From the human T2T-CHM13v2.0 reference genome, Homo sapiens: a DNA stretch of 64,000 nucleotides. This document shows, in pieces, positions 36,577 through 56,544 of this stretch. Made by a program: the position numbers and the translations under genes. The DNA lies in assembly GCF_009914755.1 (NCBI RefSeq), contig NC_060927.1. One strand, given 5' to 3'. Within the stretch, counting starts at the first letter, position 1; each line of letters opens with the position of its first letter. Below the pieces are notes generated by a model. It ran no database searches. It saw only the letters and a program-made list of their open reading frames with translations, and had not been told where the DNA came from.

Positions 36577-37260
36577 AGGGATTTGACTGGATTATTTTTA
36601 GAGACCTTTCCAGTTCTAAAATTAAATGATACAATTTTTAAAAGTTCAGGTTAACCTTATCTCTATTTTATTTCCTGCCTACTTTATAATAATCAACATT
36701 GTCATCTAATAAGAGGTGGAAGCCAGCAATAACTAATGCTTGGGTCTGCATGATTTCTCCTTCTCTGTGATAGCCTGGGGGCTCCTGTTTATAAGAAGGT
36801 AGTATAAGACTCAAGCAGCCTGAAATCTTGAGCCAACTGAGAGATTAAGTCTTGCTCTGGAGATCTGTATGAACCTAAAGCAAGTTTTGTATGAATGAGA
36901 GGTAAAATTTGTTGTGTAAATCACTGAATTTGTGGAGTTGACTGATAATGGATAATACCCTAGCTCATCCCAATATTGTTAGATATATTATTGCTCCCCT
37001 TTCATAGGTGAGAAAACAGAGGCATGAGAGATTAATTGATTTGCCCAAAGTCACACATTTATTAAGTTAGATTTTAAAACTGTAGTTTAGTTCTGCATTC
37101 TTAATCACAACAGATACATATTTGCTAGTAACTCCTTTTTAGTTCTCCATCCTTGGGAACACTTTCAATGGATACAGATAATCTAAAGTTTTATTTCTGC
37201 TTTTCTTTCTTTCAAAGAATGTTTGAAATGTCTCATTTTATAAAATTTTAATTTGCAATA

Positions 37261-37406
37261 TTTTACCAGCCTTTATATTTTATAATGTATTATATATGTA
37301 TCTACAACATACATAAATATGTTTTATAATGCATTATATGTATTATAAATGTATATACGTATTTATAATGCATTATATGTATTATAAAACATAAAGGTTG
37401 GTAAAA
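37261..37406. repeat. AT-rich quasi-palindrome with 26-bp inverted arms and internal 27-bp direct repeats
   Basis: Arms at 37261-37286 and 37381-37406 are complementary at 24/26 positions. Confidence 0.85.
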
Positions 37407-37544
37407 GGTTGTTTATAAATTGAGTTCATGAACATTATTATATATGAGTGATGAATTTCTTGAAAATTGTAAACTCCTTAGCCATAATTTCATTTTCTTT
37501 AAAATACCCTCCTGAGGAAAAAAAATCATTCTCAATGCATTTTC

Positions 37545-43685
<6,141 letters not shown>

Positions 43686-46240
43686 AGTGCATTTTCAATA
43701 ACCAGAATAACTTTCAGGAGACCATGAAAAAAGATTTCTAAGAAGCTTCTTTGTGCCTTAAAAAATTTTACTCAGTTCCTGTGAGTGAGCTTTGTTCATC
43801 TGTCTCACCTATAATGGAACTTTATATCTTCAATGATTGTAAATTGTGTCTTTAAATTTGTTAATGCAAATTTGCATTAATTTAAATAAAAGTTATGGTT
43901 CTGCCAGAATAGCTTAGGTGAAGACACTTATTTTTATCTCACTGCTTCTTTGGCTACTTTAAAACATGTACTATATGTAATACAGTATTATAAACTGTTA
44001 AACAACCTACAGAGTGCTAAATTACAGAAATTTTACAGGAATAAATTGCAGACAATTTAAACAACCTACAGAAAATTGCATGGCAATAATTCCATTAGGC
44101 TTGTAGTTTATGAAGCTCTGATGTAATTATATCTTTGCAAAGCACCACAGGCAATTTATTTCCCTAAAAGTCCACACTATATCTAAAAATTCTCGGAGCA
44201 TGATATCTGAAAATCCTCAAAGACTAGGAAATAGTGTAAAAAGTTATAGTTGAATATTATAAAATAACATTCTTAGCAATGTGGGGCTTTGACAATAAAA
44301 AAGTTACCACAGGACCAAATGAAATAAGTTAGTTTTGTTTTATAAAAATAAATAAAGCATCATAGATAAAGTTAATCATGAAGGTATTTTTTTTTTCTGT
44401 TTTTAGAAATAGAGTGCTATGCACCCAAAACATTTTAGAGTACTGGCTTAGCATAAGATGCTTACAAACTTATCAACAAATCTCAAGTGAAAGATCCATA
44501 AATTATTCAATTTCATGCATAAAACATATAAATAAAATTCATATTTTATAAATACAAATAGATTTGAGTATATAAATTTATAACTTATATAATTGTATGT
44601 ATATCTACATTATATAAAATACACGCATACTCTGCTTCAGCTGATAGTTTTCCAAGAAAGTGACTAGCAATTTGGCATCACAGGAGAACCCAAATGCTGT
44701 GATTTATTTTCTTCTTTTTCAATGTATCATTAAAAACCTACAACATCTTAGTACTATCTAATAACTATGAGTTTAGGACACAATTTCACATGGCTCAAAG
44801 TCAGAGAGACTTTTTTGTGAATATAATCTTTAGAAACCTGATTAATAAGCTGTCAGTTCAAAGACAGTACTTGACACTTGTGGGGATTGTTTTAAAGGTG
44901 TCTCAAATGGGAAATTACTTTTATTTTTAACCAATTCCATGGATAAGACACAAAAATGTTAAAGATATGTGTGTTTACATGTAAAAGTAGAACAGCTAGA
45001 GAGAAAAAGCTTTCTCATTAGTTGGTGTTGTTTATTCAGTTTTAATAATACCTATTCTGGACATGGATCTTAACCACAGTAGTTATGTAACATCTATTTA
45101 GCCATATAATAAATATATCTGGAAGAGAGCTTTCATATAGAGCTGTGTGAAGCTGTTAAATGGATTGCGAATGACTCAACCTATTCCATAGAATAAAAAT
45201 ATAAATAATATACTGTCCTCCTAAACATAATAATATACTATAAACATTCATTCATTCATTTATTCAACAACTATTTGAGTGTCTAGCAATCAGACCATGT
45301 ACATTAGTGGTAAACAGAATACTGTAGTTACTGTTCTTGTGAATCTTACAGTCTAATCACTTTTCATATTATCACCTTCCTTAAATTCTTCTTTTTGAAA
45401 ATAACCTCTCATCCCAAGGGACTCAATATAATAAATAATTAATGCTTGGGATGAGAATGTTCTGATGCAAAAAAATAAAGTTGACTAAGCCTTAAGTTAG
45501 TAATGAGGTAATGCAGGGAGAACCCTTGTTCCTTATTATGAGGTCCACTTGAGTTACAAGATTTCAAAGAAATTCTTTCAAACATCTCAGTATTTCAAGA
45601 ATAGAATATTACCTTGAGCTAATTACTATCACTATAAATGATATGCAAGGGAGTTCTGCTATTAATTTTTAGTTTCTTTTTTATCAGAGAGCTGGTGAAA
45701 ACTGTTATGTAGTTACGACAATGGTTTTTGGTTCTGATAGAATCCCTTTCTCTTCATCTTGTATGGTTTATGATATGCTAATCCTTGATGATTATGTACC
45801 ACCCCCTGCACCCTCATTATTTCTGTCCCATACCAGGATGTATTGGGATATTGCTCCTTTTAAAATAATGCCTTTCTTAGCATTTTCAGAAATATCTCAC
45901 TTTCTACATCTACAATTGCTCAAAGTTTAAGTACCAAAAGTTAATCAACCATGTTCTCAAAGATGGTTGCTCTTTCCAATCCTTTGCAAAATGAATGACA
46001 TACATTGCCCTGGAAGTAATTTCTCTCTTTGCCAAGTGCTACAGCTTTGCTTTTTAACCTGAGCACTCTGTGTACTCTTTAAGCATCATTATCTTGTCTT
46101 GAGGTGATATCTGGAGAATGTAATGGGAAATATGTTTTATCTTATGTCTTTCATCAGAAAAGTAACTGTGTTATTGAGTGAGGTCTAAGCTTTCCTCACT
46201 AGGTTAAAACAAGGACTTTGAAACATTTCTTGGTTTATTT

Positions 46241-46450
46241 TAGGGGTTGGCAAACTATGACCTGTTTTTGTACATAAAGTTTTATCAGAACACAGTCACA
46301 CCCATTCATTTACTTTTTCTTAAATGGCTACATTCAAGCTACAACAACAGAGTTGAACTCTGAGTAGCTCTGAAAGGAGCTATGTGAACAAGAAAGACAA
46401 AAATATTTACTATCTGGCCCTTTTCAAAAAACATTTTGTTGATTCTTGGT
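46241..46450. mobile_element. MER58A hAT-Charlie MITE
   Basis: aggggttggcaaactat...aaagttttatcagaacacag...aaaatatttactatctggcccttt. Confidence 0.8.
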
Positions 46451-46629
46451 TTATATGGAGGAATATTTCAATGTAAAATTATCTCTGGTAGAATGTTTGG
46501 GTCATTTGTGAGATTTAGACATATCCATACACCCTGTCTATTCTAAAATACATAATAATATGCTATATTATGTAATAAATATATTTATACATAAATTATG
46601 TATAATTATTAATAATATTTATGGCAACA

Positions 46630-46850
46630 ATATCAATGGCTAATATTTTAATTCTTATAATGTGCTAGGCATTCTTCTAAGTTATTTACATGTATTAACT
46701 AATTTAATTTCACAGTCTTATGGTATGGGTATTAGGTTTAGCCCCATTTTCCAGACAGAGGAACTGAAGCAGAGGTTAAATAACCAACCTATAGCCACAC
46801 TGCTGGTAATCGAAGGGGTTAGGATTGAACTTGATTATTCAGAGACAGAA
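46630..46850 (-). mobile_element. MIR SINE
   Basis: ccccattttccagacagaggaactgaagcagaggttaaataac (reverse MIR core). Confidence 0.7.
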
Positions 46851-47290
46851 CCCTGGCTTATAGGGACAGGATGGTAGGTGCTTTATTTTTCTGCCCTATT
46901 CTCTAGATTTCTTGCCTTTCCAAACATACTGTGAGCCTCAGTAAATCAGAGTGATTGCTAGGGAAGAGAACTTCTTGAGGCAATACATATTTTACAGTTC
47001 CTAAATCAGCAGATGGCCTCCTGTTCTTTCTTTTCATTTAGTATCATTGAGCTCCAAGTTCTTACAAAAATTACCTCAGTAGCTTTTAGTTTCCTAAGAA
47101 AAAGTTAGGTTTTGTCCAAACTCTACACTTGAGATGTTAAAGCACGCAAACAAAATCATTTGTTCACCGCAGTTCAGTGACAATTAGAAATTAAACTGAT
47201 CTCCCTCATTTTCCTCATGCTTTGTCTACTCACAAAGTTGGAAGTTCTTTAAGATATGTAGTGAGAAATATCCCTAGTTTGGGTGTATTC

Positions 47291-47487
47291 AGGAGTGCAG
47301 TGGTCATGGCTCATTGTAGCGTCGACCTCCCAAACTCAAACCATCCTCCCACCTCGTTTTTTGATTTTTGTGTAGAGACGAGGTCTCACTCTGTTGCCCA
47401 GGCTGGTTTTGAACTCCTGGGCTCAAGTGATCTGTCTGCCTTGGCCTCCAAAGTTCTGAGATTACAGGCATGAGCCACCACGCCCAA
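47291..47487 (-). mobile_element. Partial AluJ with internal deletion
   Basis: ggagtgcagtggtcatggctcattgtag...gaactcctgggctcaagtgatc...gagccaccacgccc. Confidence 0.8.
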
Positions 47488-47849
47488 ACTTTAGGTGCAT
47501 TTGAAGTGAAGCATTTATGAAGGATTTTTAAAAATTTTGAATGAAAGAAAAACGTAGTGAGGGCTTAAAAATAAGAGTCCTGCAAAGGTGAAAAGTGATA
47601 TCAATTCTCTAGTTACTATGGTGGAGAAGTTGGAATCTGATAACCTAAATGTCTCATTGTGGATTTCTTTGAATCCTTCATCAAGTCACTTAAGCTATGG
47701 CTGAATTCCACTATCTTCATAAACATAATAATATCTATCTTGAAGAACTTTTAAAGCTCAGATGAAAAGCAGATCAGAATAACAAAGGTCACTGTATACA
47801 CAATTAAATTCTCCATTTGATGCTCATTAATATGCTTTACAATGAAAAG

Positions 47850-47931
47850 AGTGGAGAGAAAGGAAAGAGGAAGTGATAGAGAGAGAGAGAGAGGGAGAGG
47901 GGAGAAGAGAGAAAAGGGAAGGAAGAAAGAG
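47850..47931. repeat. GA-rich low-complexity tract
   Basis: Purine-rich run seen directly. Confidence 0.85.
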
Positions 47932-48444
47932 AATACATAGTGGACGTGGATTTGAGGTGTCCAAGCAGATGTATTTTGGTGCTTGTGTCAAGGCGTTGGA
48001 ATTTAAAGAAATATGGTCATCCCAGAAAGGTTAGGGATATAGACAAGTTAATAGACAAAGATTACATATTTTAAAGTTTATTTGTTTCAAAAAGGATTTG
48101 AGATGAATGCCATTAAGTCAGATTTGAAAATGGGCTAAATATAACTAAAGGTATGGCAAACAACAACAGTCACAAAAGTACAAAAGAAAACTATCTTCTC
48201 CTTTTGCAGAAATGATGACTATTGGCAGTTTCACGTGTACATACAAATGAAATCTACACTTACATATGTTTCAATATCTTGTTCTTTCATGAATCAAATT
48301 TCATTGGAGATCACATCATATCATCACTTAATTATTTTTATATTACTATTTTGTATTTTATTTTATGGATATACTATAATTTATTTAATTATTTTCTAAC
48401 TGAAGTACGTATTAGTTTTTTTTCCTATTATTTTGCTTTACAAA

Positions 48445-48716
48445 ACAATCCCAAATGCTGTCTACAAGAGACTCACTTTAGAACCAAAGACATAGTAGGT
48501 AAAAGTGAAAGGATAGAAAAAGATATTTCATGCAAATAGCAGGAAAAAAGAGAGCAGATTATTGTAATACCAGACAATAGAGACTAAACAAAAAAAATGC
48601 TTACAAGAGACAAAAAAGGACATTGTAAGTTAATAAAAGTGTCAATACAACAAGAATACATAACAATAAAAAACATTTATGCATCTAATATCAGACCATC
48701 AAAATATACAAAACTG
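48445..48716 (+). mobile_element. Old L1 ORF2 endonuclease fragment
   Basis: Translates CCLQETHFR and TRDKKGH...[10 protein letters not shown]. Confidence 0.75.
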
Positions 48717-50045
<1,329 letters not shown>

Positions 50046-50049
50046 GCTG

Positions 50050-51914
50050 GTACATTTTACCTTTGCAAGCTAACTTGCAAAGCTAATAAATGAGCTTGCT
50101 ACAGTTTCTTGGCAAAAGACATAGAATTCCTGGTTCAGAAATAAAAGACTGCAACAGCAGTAGTCAGAATATTATCATTTTCTTTTGCCAGTTTCCCAAC
50201 CCCAAATTCCTAAAGGAATAGGTGGAGAGGGTCAGGTAACATCCATACATACAGTAAGGGTTATGTTAGAGAAGAGGAACCCTGAGTTTAGAGAATGCAA
50301 ATACAGTCATGCGCCACATAATCACATTTTGGTCATAATGAAGTTTCAGTCGACGACAGACTGTATATAGAAAGGTGGCCCCATATGAGCCGAACAATTC
50401 CTGTTGCCTAGTGACACTGTAGCTGTTATAACATGGTAGCACGATGCATTACTTACATGTTTGTGGTGACGCTAGAGTTCTTGTCTCTATTTTTAATTCT
50501 ATTTTTTTGAAGGAAGGATGGCTGATTTTGTAGAGAACAATAAAATAATTAATATAATTATTAGAGAAGAGTTGGGTAAAATTATGTTTACACCATCTTT
50601 GACTGGAAGTCCCTTTAATAAATAGCTAGTGTAAACAAACCTGTTGTGCTTCCAGTCCAATGCAAGTCTAGTGCATACAATTAGGTGCAGGACATAATAC
50701 TTGATAATAATGATAAATGACTATGTTACTAGTTTACATATATACTGTACTATGCTTTTAATTGTTATTTTAGATTTTGTGTCTTGTACTTACAAAATGA
50801 AGTTAACTGGAAAATAGCCTCAGGCAGGTCCTTCAGGAGGTAATCCAGAAGAAGGCGTTGTCGTCATAAGAGATCACAATTCCATGCATGTTATTGCCCC
50901 TAAAGAGCTTCCAGTGGGTCAAGATGTGGACATGGAAGGCTGTGATGTTGATGATCCTGATCCTGCATAGGCCTAGGCTAATGTGTAGGGTCTTAGTTTA
51001 AAAAAAAATTTAAGAAGTAAAAAAATTAAAAATTAAAAATATAAAAAGTTTATAGTATAACTATATAGAGAAAATATTTTTGTTTAACTGCACAATGTGT
51101 TTACATTTTAAGCTGTGTTATTACAAAAAGTCAAAAAGTGAAAAACATTTTAAGTTTATAAACTTACAGTAAGCCAAGATTAATTTATTATTGAATAAAT
51201 AATTTTTAAAAATAAATCTAGGACAGACTAAGTGTACAGTGTACATAAAGTCTACAATGGTGTACTGTAAAGTTCTAGGCCTTCACATTCACTCATTATT
51301 CATTCACTAAATCGGCCAGAGCAACTTTTAGTCCTGCAAGCTTCATTCATGGTAAATGCCCTGTAGAAGTATACCATTTTATCTTTTATAGCACCTTTTT
51401 ACTGTATGTTTTTAATGTTTAGATATGTTTAGATACACAAATATTTAGGCAAATATTGTGTCAACAATTGCCTACAGTATTCAGTACAGTAACATGTACA
51501 AGTCACATGCTGTACAGGTTGGCAGCCTAGGAGCAACAGGCTGGACCATCTAGCCTAGGTGTGCAGTAGGCTATACTATCTAGGTTTGTGTAAACACACT
51601 CTATGATATTAGTGTAATCTAGTAACAAAATTACCTGAGGACTCATTTCTTAGAACATATCACTATTGTTAAGTGACATCTGATGGCAGTTTATAATGAG
51701 AATACCTGCCCCTTACTCTGGAGACACTATCCCTGTCTTCCAAGGCTGTAAGCAGATTTGCCCTTTACTTTGGAAGGAGACAGTTTCTTTTTCTTCCCAG
51801 GCTGTTTGGTATACAAACCGCACTGAAAAGAGAACCCAGAAAAAAGGCAGTCGGTGTCTTTTCTTGTAAAACCTGCAGAAACATGAGAGACCCATGGAGA
51901 ATTGTCTCCCCACA
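50050..51914 (-). mobile_element. ERVL-type LTR (family uncertain) split by Tigger3b
   Basis: Reverse strand begins TGTGGGGAGACAATTCTCCATGGGTCTCTC; LTR-like sequence lies on both sides of the Tigger. Left boundary approximate. Confidence 0.55.
50304..51686. mobile_element. Tigger3b (MER7B/Golem) TcMar DNA transposon
   Basis: TA|cagtcatgcgccacataa ... ttaagtgacatctgatgg termini; internal cagcctcaggcaggtccttcaggagg-type and agcctaggagcaacaggct motifs. Confidence 0.85.
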
Positions 51915-53230
51915 GGAATAGGACAAGGTTGTCCACTATTGGCATTACTGTTTAATATATCATTAATAATATTACCCAGTGCTATGAAGAAAAATACAAG
52001 CAGAGTTTGAAAAGGATAGATGTAAATAAAAAAATTATCCTAATGTGCAGATGAAATTATCATAAACATAAAAGTACCCAAAGAATTTATAGATAAATTA
52101 TAACAGCTACAAAGAGAATTCAATTGTTGGGTATAAGATCAATTTTAAAAAATCAGTAGCAGGAACAGACAACTTTAAAAATCTAATAAAATACTTATTT
52201 TCATAATTTAATTCCTTGAAGCACTGAAAGTTATGAAGTATTTGAGGAACTAATTTAACCAGTAACACTCAAGCTCTACTTAGAGAAAACTTGAAAGCTT
52301 TAATAAAAAAGGTATAGAAGATGATCTAAATAGATAGAGAGATTCTATGATTCTGGATAAAGTGTCTTAGTATTAAAATGATAGAAATTATTTCTAAAAA
52401 TATCTATATACTAAATATAATCCACATAAAAATTCGACTTGAATTTCTTGAGAAGTTCAATGAACTTAAATTGCTTGGAAAAAATAGAGGTCCATGAAAA
52501 GCTAAGTCAGTATTTTAAAAAAGCAACAATACATGCAATAAAGCTACTGTTGCAAAGGTAGTGTGGTATTGGTACAAGAACATATGAACTACCAATACAA
52601 CAGAAGACAGTTCAGAGACAGGACTGAATGTATATGACAACTTAACTTACTGTATTTCAAACATGGTCCCATGAAGTACAGGCTGTAGGGTAGATGATAA
52701 TGGGAAAACTGACTTACTTTATGGAAAAAAATAAAAATGGCTCCTGACGTTGTAACACAAGTAAGTGTAATTTTAGATGGATTAAACACCTAAATATAAA
52801 AAGCAAAACTAAAAAAAGCTCTTTGTAATTTGGTACAGTGAAGATCTTATTGATTAAAACTTCAAACATAAACTACAAAGCAATAATATTGATGAAGCTT
52901 TTTTCATCAAAATTTAGAATTTTTGCTAAAAAGCAAATGCCATGCCCAAGGTTTATGGAGAGATGAGAAAAGGAAAGAATATTTTTGCAGTTGCTAGAAC
53001 TGAAGAAAAACAAATTATTAGCATCTATTGAAAGGAATAGCTCCAAATCAATAGTAGGAGGACAACTGTCCTGATGGAAAAATAAGAAAAGAGTATGAAC
53101 AGGCAATTTATGAAAGAAGATATACTGAAAGCCAAGAAGTATGTGAGATTGTAAGTTTTTCAGTAAATATTTCAGTAAATATTTGTTTTTTGAGTTAAGC
53201 TGCCTTTGTAAAAAAAAAAAGGCAAAAAAA
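51915..53230 (+). mobile_element. Highly diverged L1M ORF2 remnant
   Basis: ggaataggacaaggttgtccacta, gtagtgtggtattggtacaagaa and agatggattaaacacctaaatataaa motifs. Confidence 0.6.
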
Positions 53231-53554
53231 TAAAGATGAAAACATAGCATCTTGTCAGTTCAGGTCAGGTTCTCAAACTCTCTGCGAATAATTTGAGTGT
53301 CCTGAACATGGTGTTAGGTTGAGGTAGAGAGAGAGAGAGAGGTCTTTAAGACATTCTAAATAAGGGGATTTTGAATAAAGTCGTTATAGAGGTCAGAGAA
53401 ATAAAAAAATCAGAGTTTTCATGATAAAAATAATAATACCTTGCATTTATTGAGTGGTTACTTCATACTAGAGTCTCTTCCAAGGGTTCTACTTGTGATA
53501 GTTATCTCTGAACATTTATGGAGTTTTTATTAGAGAAATGATATTAGATTTATT

Positions 53555-53887
53555 TCTTTTTTATTTATTTAATTAATTAATTTTATTTTTTTTAAAGTTT
53601 CAGGCAGGATGTGCATGTTTGTTACATAGGTAAATGTGTGCCACGGTGGTTTGCTGCACCTAACAAGCCATCACCTAGGTATTGAGCCCAGCATGCATTA
53701 GTTCTTTTCCCAAATGTTCTGCCCCACTGCCCTCCCCCTACAGGCCCCACTGAGTGTCGTTCCCCTCGCTATGTCCATGTGTTCTCATTGTTCAGCTCCC
53801 ACTTATAAGTGAGAACATGCAGTGTTTGGTTTTCTGTTCTTGCATTAGTTTGCTAAGGATAATGGCTTATGGAACAGAATAGAGAAC
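53555..53887 (-). mobile_element. Short L1PA (L1PA8-11-like) 3' insertion with a 19-bp inverted 5' piece
   Basis: 3' UTR ccatcacctaggtattgagcccagcatgcattag; TSD TTAGATTTATT at 53544-53554 and 53888-53898. Confidence 0.85.
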
Positions 53888-54520
53888 TTAGATTTATTCT
53901 TTGATTCTCCAAATGGGAAAATTAGAACTAAGGGAAATTAGAAAGGGATAGATTTAAAGTGAATATATGAATTAAAAAAAAGACCAGAACTCACTGAAAT
54001 TCAAATGAAGATATCCTGAAGTAGTGAGATTTCCTATTATTGGAAGTGTCCAAAGAGCACCTGGATTCTTATTGGCTTGGGAAGTTTTAGAAATGATTCA
54101 TGATTTCAGTTGAAGGTCTGAAACTCTGTGATTCTAGAATCCATTTCTTGGATCTCATTAAAGAAGGTAATGCATCTTTAGGAATAAAAATATAGGCTTT
54201 TAATAATGAGATATTGTAGTTATTACTAGATTTAAATTATTCTACAAGACTTTGAGACACATATTAAAGTAATAAAATTGTAGGCTAGTTAATATTTGAT
54301 TAATAAAACCAACAAAAGACACTTGTCTCTTAAACATATCCCCAGAAGAGTTTTACTCTACTGTTGACATAGCCAATACCCAATGCACAACTGCCACCAG
54401 TTTATTTAAAAGGCAAGAATGACACAAGACTACAAAATATTCTTTTTGTAGTTCCACTTATCCACAATTAAACACATGCAATACACAAATCTTCTAGTTC
54501 TCTAGTTTAGATTGATTTTG

Positions 54521-54548
54521 CTCTCTCTCTCTCTCTCTCCATCTCTCC
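54521..54548. repeat. (CT)n microsatellite
   Basis: Seen directly. Confidence 0.9.
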
Positions 54549-55154
54549 CAAAGCTTCTAATTTTGTTTCTCATTTAGTTCTTCCAAACAGAATTCTCTTT
54601 TAGAAACCTGTGGAAATATAAATGCCTAGAGGCAAAATGTACCTAGAACTTTTTGTTTTCTCAGGACTACAGAAATGGTCTCTGTCTTTTGTTATATTCT
54701 AGCATTTAAAAATCATGATGCATCTTACTATTTTTATCTATATAGCTCCTACCATTTTTTAAAATCTGTAACGTGATACAGTTTACTATGTAATTTCACC
54801 TTGTGATCTTGTTTATTCTTACTACAGTGTAGTTGATTTAACAAATACTTAGGATTCTTTATTATTTGTCTTTTTTATATGACAACAGACCTTTAACATT
54901 TGCAATAACTATATTCCAAAATTTTCGGAACGTACAATGCAATAACTTCCTATGGTATATAATTTCCCCCATAGAATTTTTTCCAGTCAAGAACTATCTG
55001 TTTTGGGGCAGCTTATGACTCTTCTGCATTTTAATCACCATCGTGAGCATTTGACTCTCTTTCAGAGGCCATTTTTATAAAAAAATTTTTTCTTAGAGTT
55101 TCATGAGAATTGCAAGTAGATTAAAAAAACATTTTTAAAGATGCAGCATGTTCA

Positions 55155-55625
55155 CACGCATGTTTATAGCAGCACAATTTGCAATTGCAAAAATATGGAA
55201 CCAGTCCAAATGAGTAGATAAAGAAATTGTGGTATGTATATATATATATGATGGAATACTAATCAGCAATAAAAAGGAACAAAATAATGGCATTTGCAGC
55301 AACCTCTCTGGAATTGGAGACTCCACTTATTCTAAGTGAAGTAACTCAGGAATGGAAGACCAAACATTGTATGTTCTCACTTATATGTGGAGCTAAGCTA
55401 TGAGACACAAAGGCATGAGAATGATATATTGAACTTTGGAGACTCGGGGGAAAGGGTGGGGGCTGGCGAAGGGCAAAAGACTGCACATTGGGTACAGGGT
55501 ACACTGCTTGGGTGATTGGTGTGCCAAAATCTCACAAACCACCACTAAAGAAATTATTTACGTAACTAAACACCACCTCTTCCCCAAAAATCTATTGAAA
55601 TTAGAAAATTAAAAATAAAAAAAAA
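55155..55625 (+). mobile_element. 5'-truncated L1PB1-like element
   Basis: Aligns by eye with 17818-18303 of the full-length L1PB in this window; A-rich tail. Confidence 0.9.
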
Positions 55626-55832
55626 CAGTATTATGTGCTTGAAGTTTGCTAAGAAAGTAGATCTTAAATGTTCTAATGACAGCAACAAATGGAAACCATG
55701 TACATTAATGAATATGTTATTAGCTTGTTATTTTTTTCACAATGTCTATGTAGTATATCAAAACATCGCATTGTATACTATTAATCTATAAAAATTTTAT
55801 TTGTTAGTTATACCTCAATAGAACTAAAAAAA
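55626..55832 (+). mobile_element. Old L1M 3'-terminal fragment
   Basis: tttgctaagaaagtagatcttaaatgttct...tatatcaaaacatcgcattgtatac...tatacctcaata. Confidence 0.7.
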
Positions 55833-56207
55833 TGTTAATAAAAGAAGACTGAGATTAGGAAGGCAAAAAAAAAAAAAGACGATGTGTGTTCAGCTAGATT
55901 CACTTAATAGTTAAATTTCTCATTTCTGTGCAAAAGACTTATGTACAAATTAGGCAAAAATATTGATAAATTAATGGATAGCATGAACCTTCTACATTTG
56001 TTAGAAATATTCAATGTGAAGAATGTTTCATTGGGAATGGTAAGCCCTACCTATATGTCAAATAAAGAACTGACTTTAAGTTGCTGGGAACTAATTTCAC
56101 GTTGAGAATGTTTATCTAAAGTCAATATTGACAGGAACATGATATTTTACAGTGCTTTAGAGATCTTAATAACATGAAAAATATTCCTTTTGAAGGTAGC
56201 AGAATAA

Positions 56208-56544
<337 letters not shown>

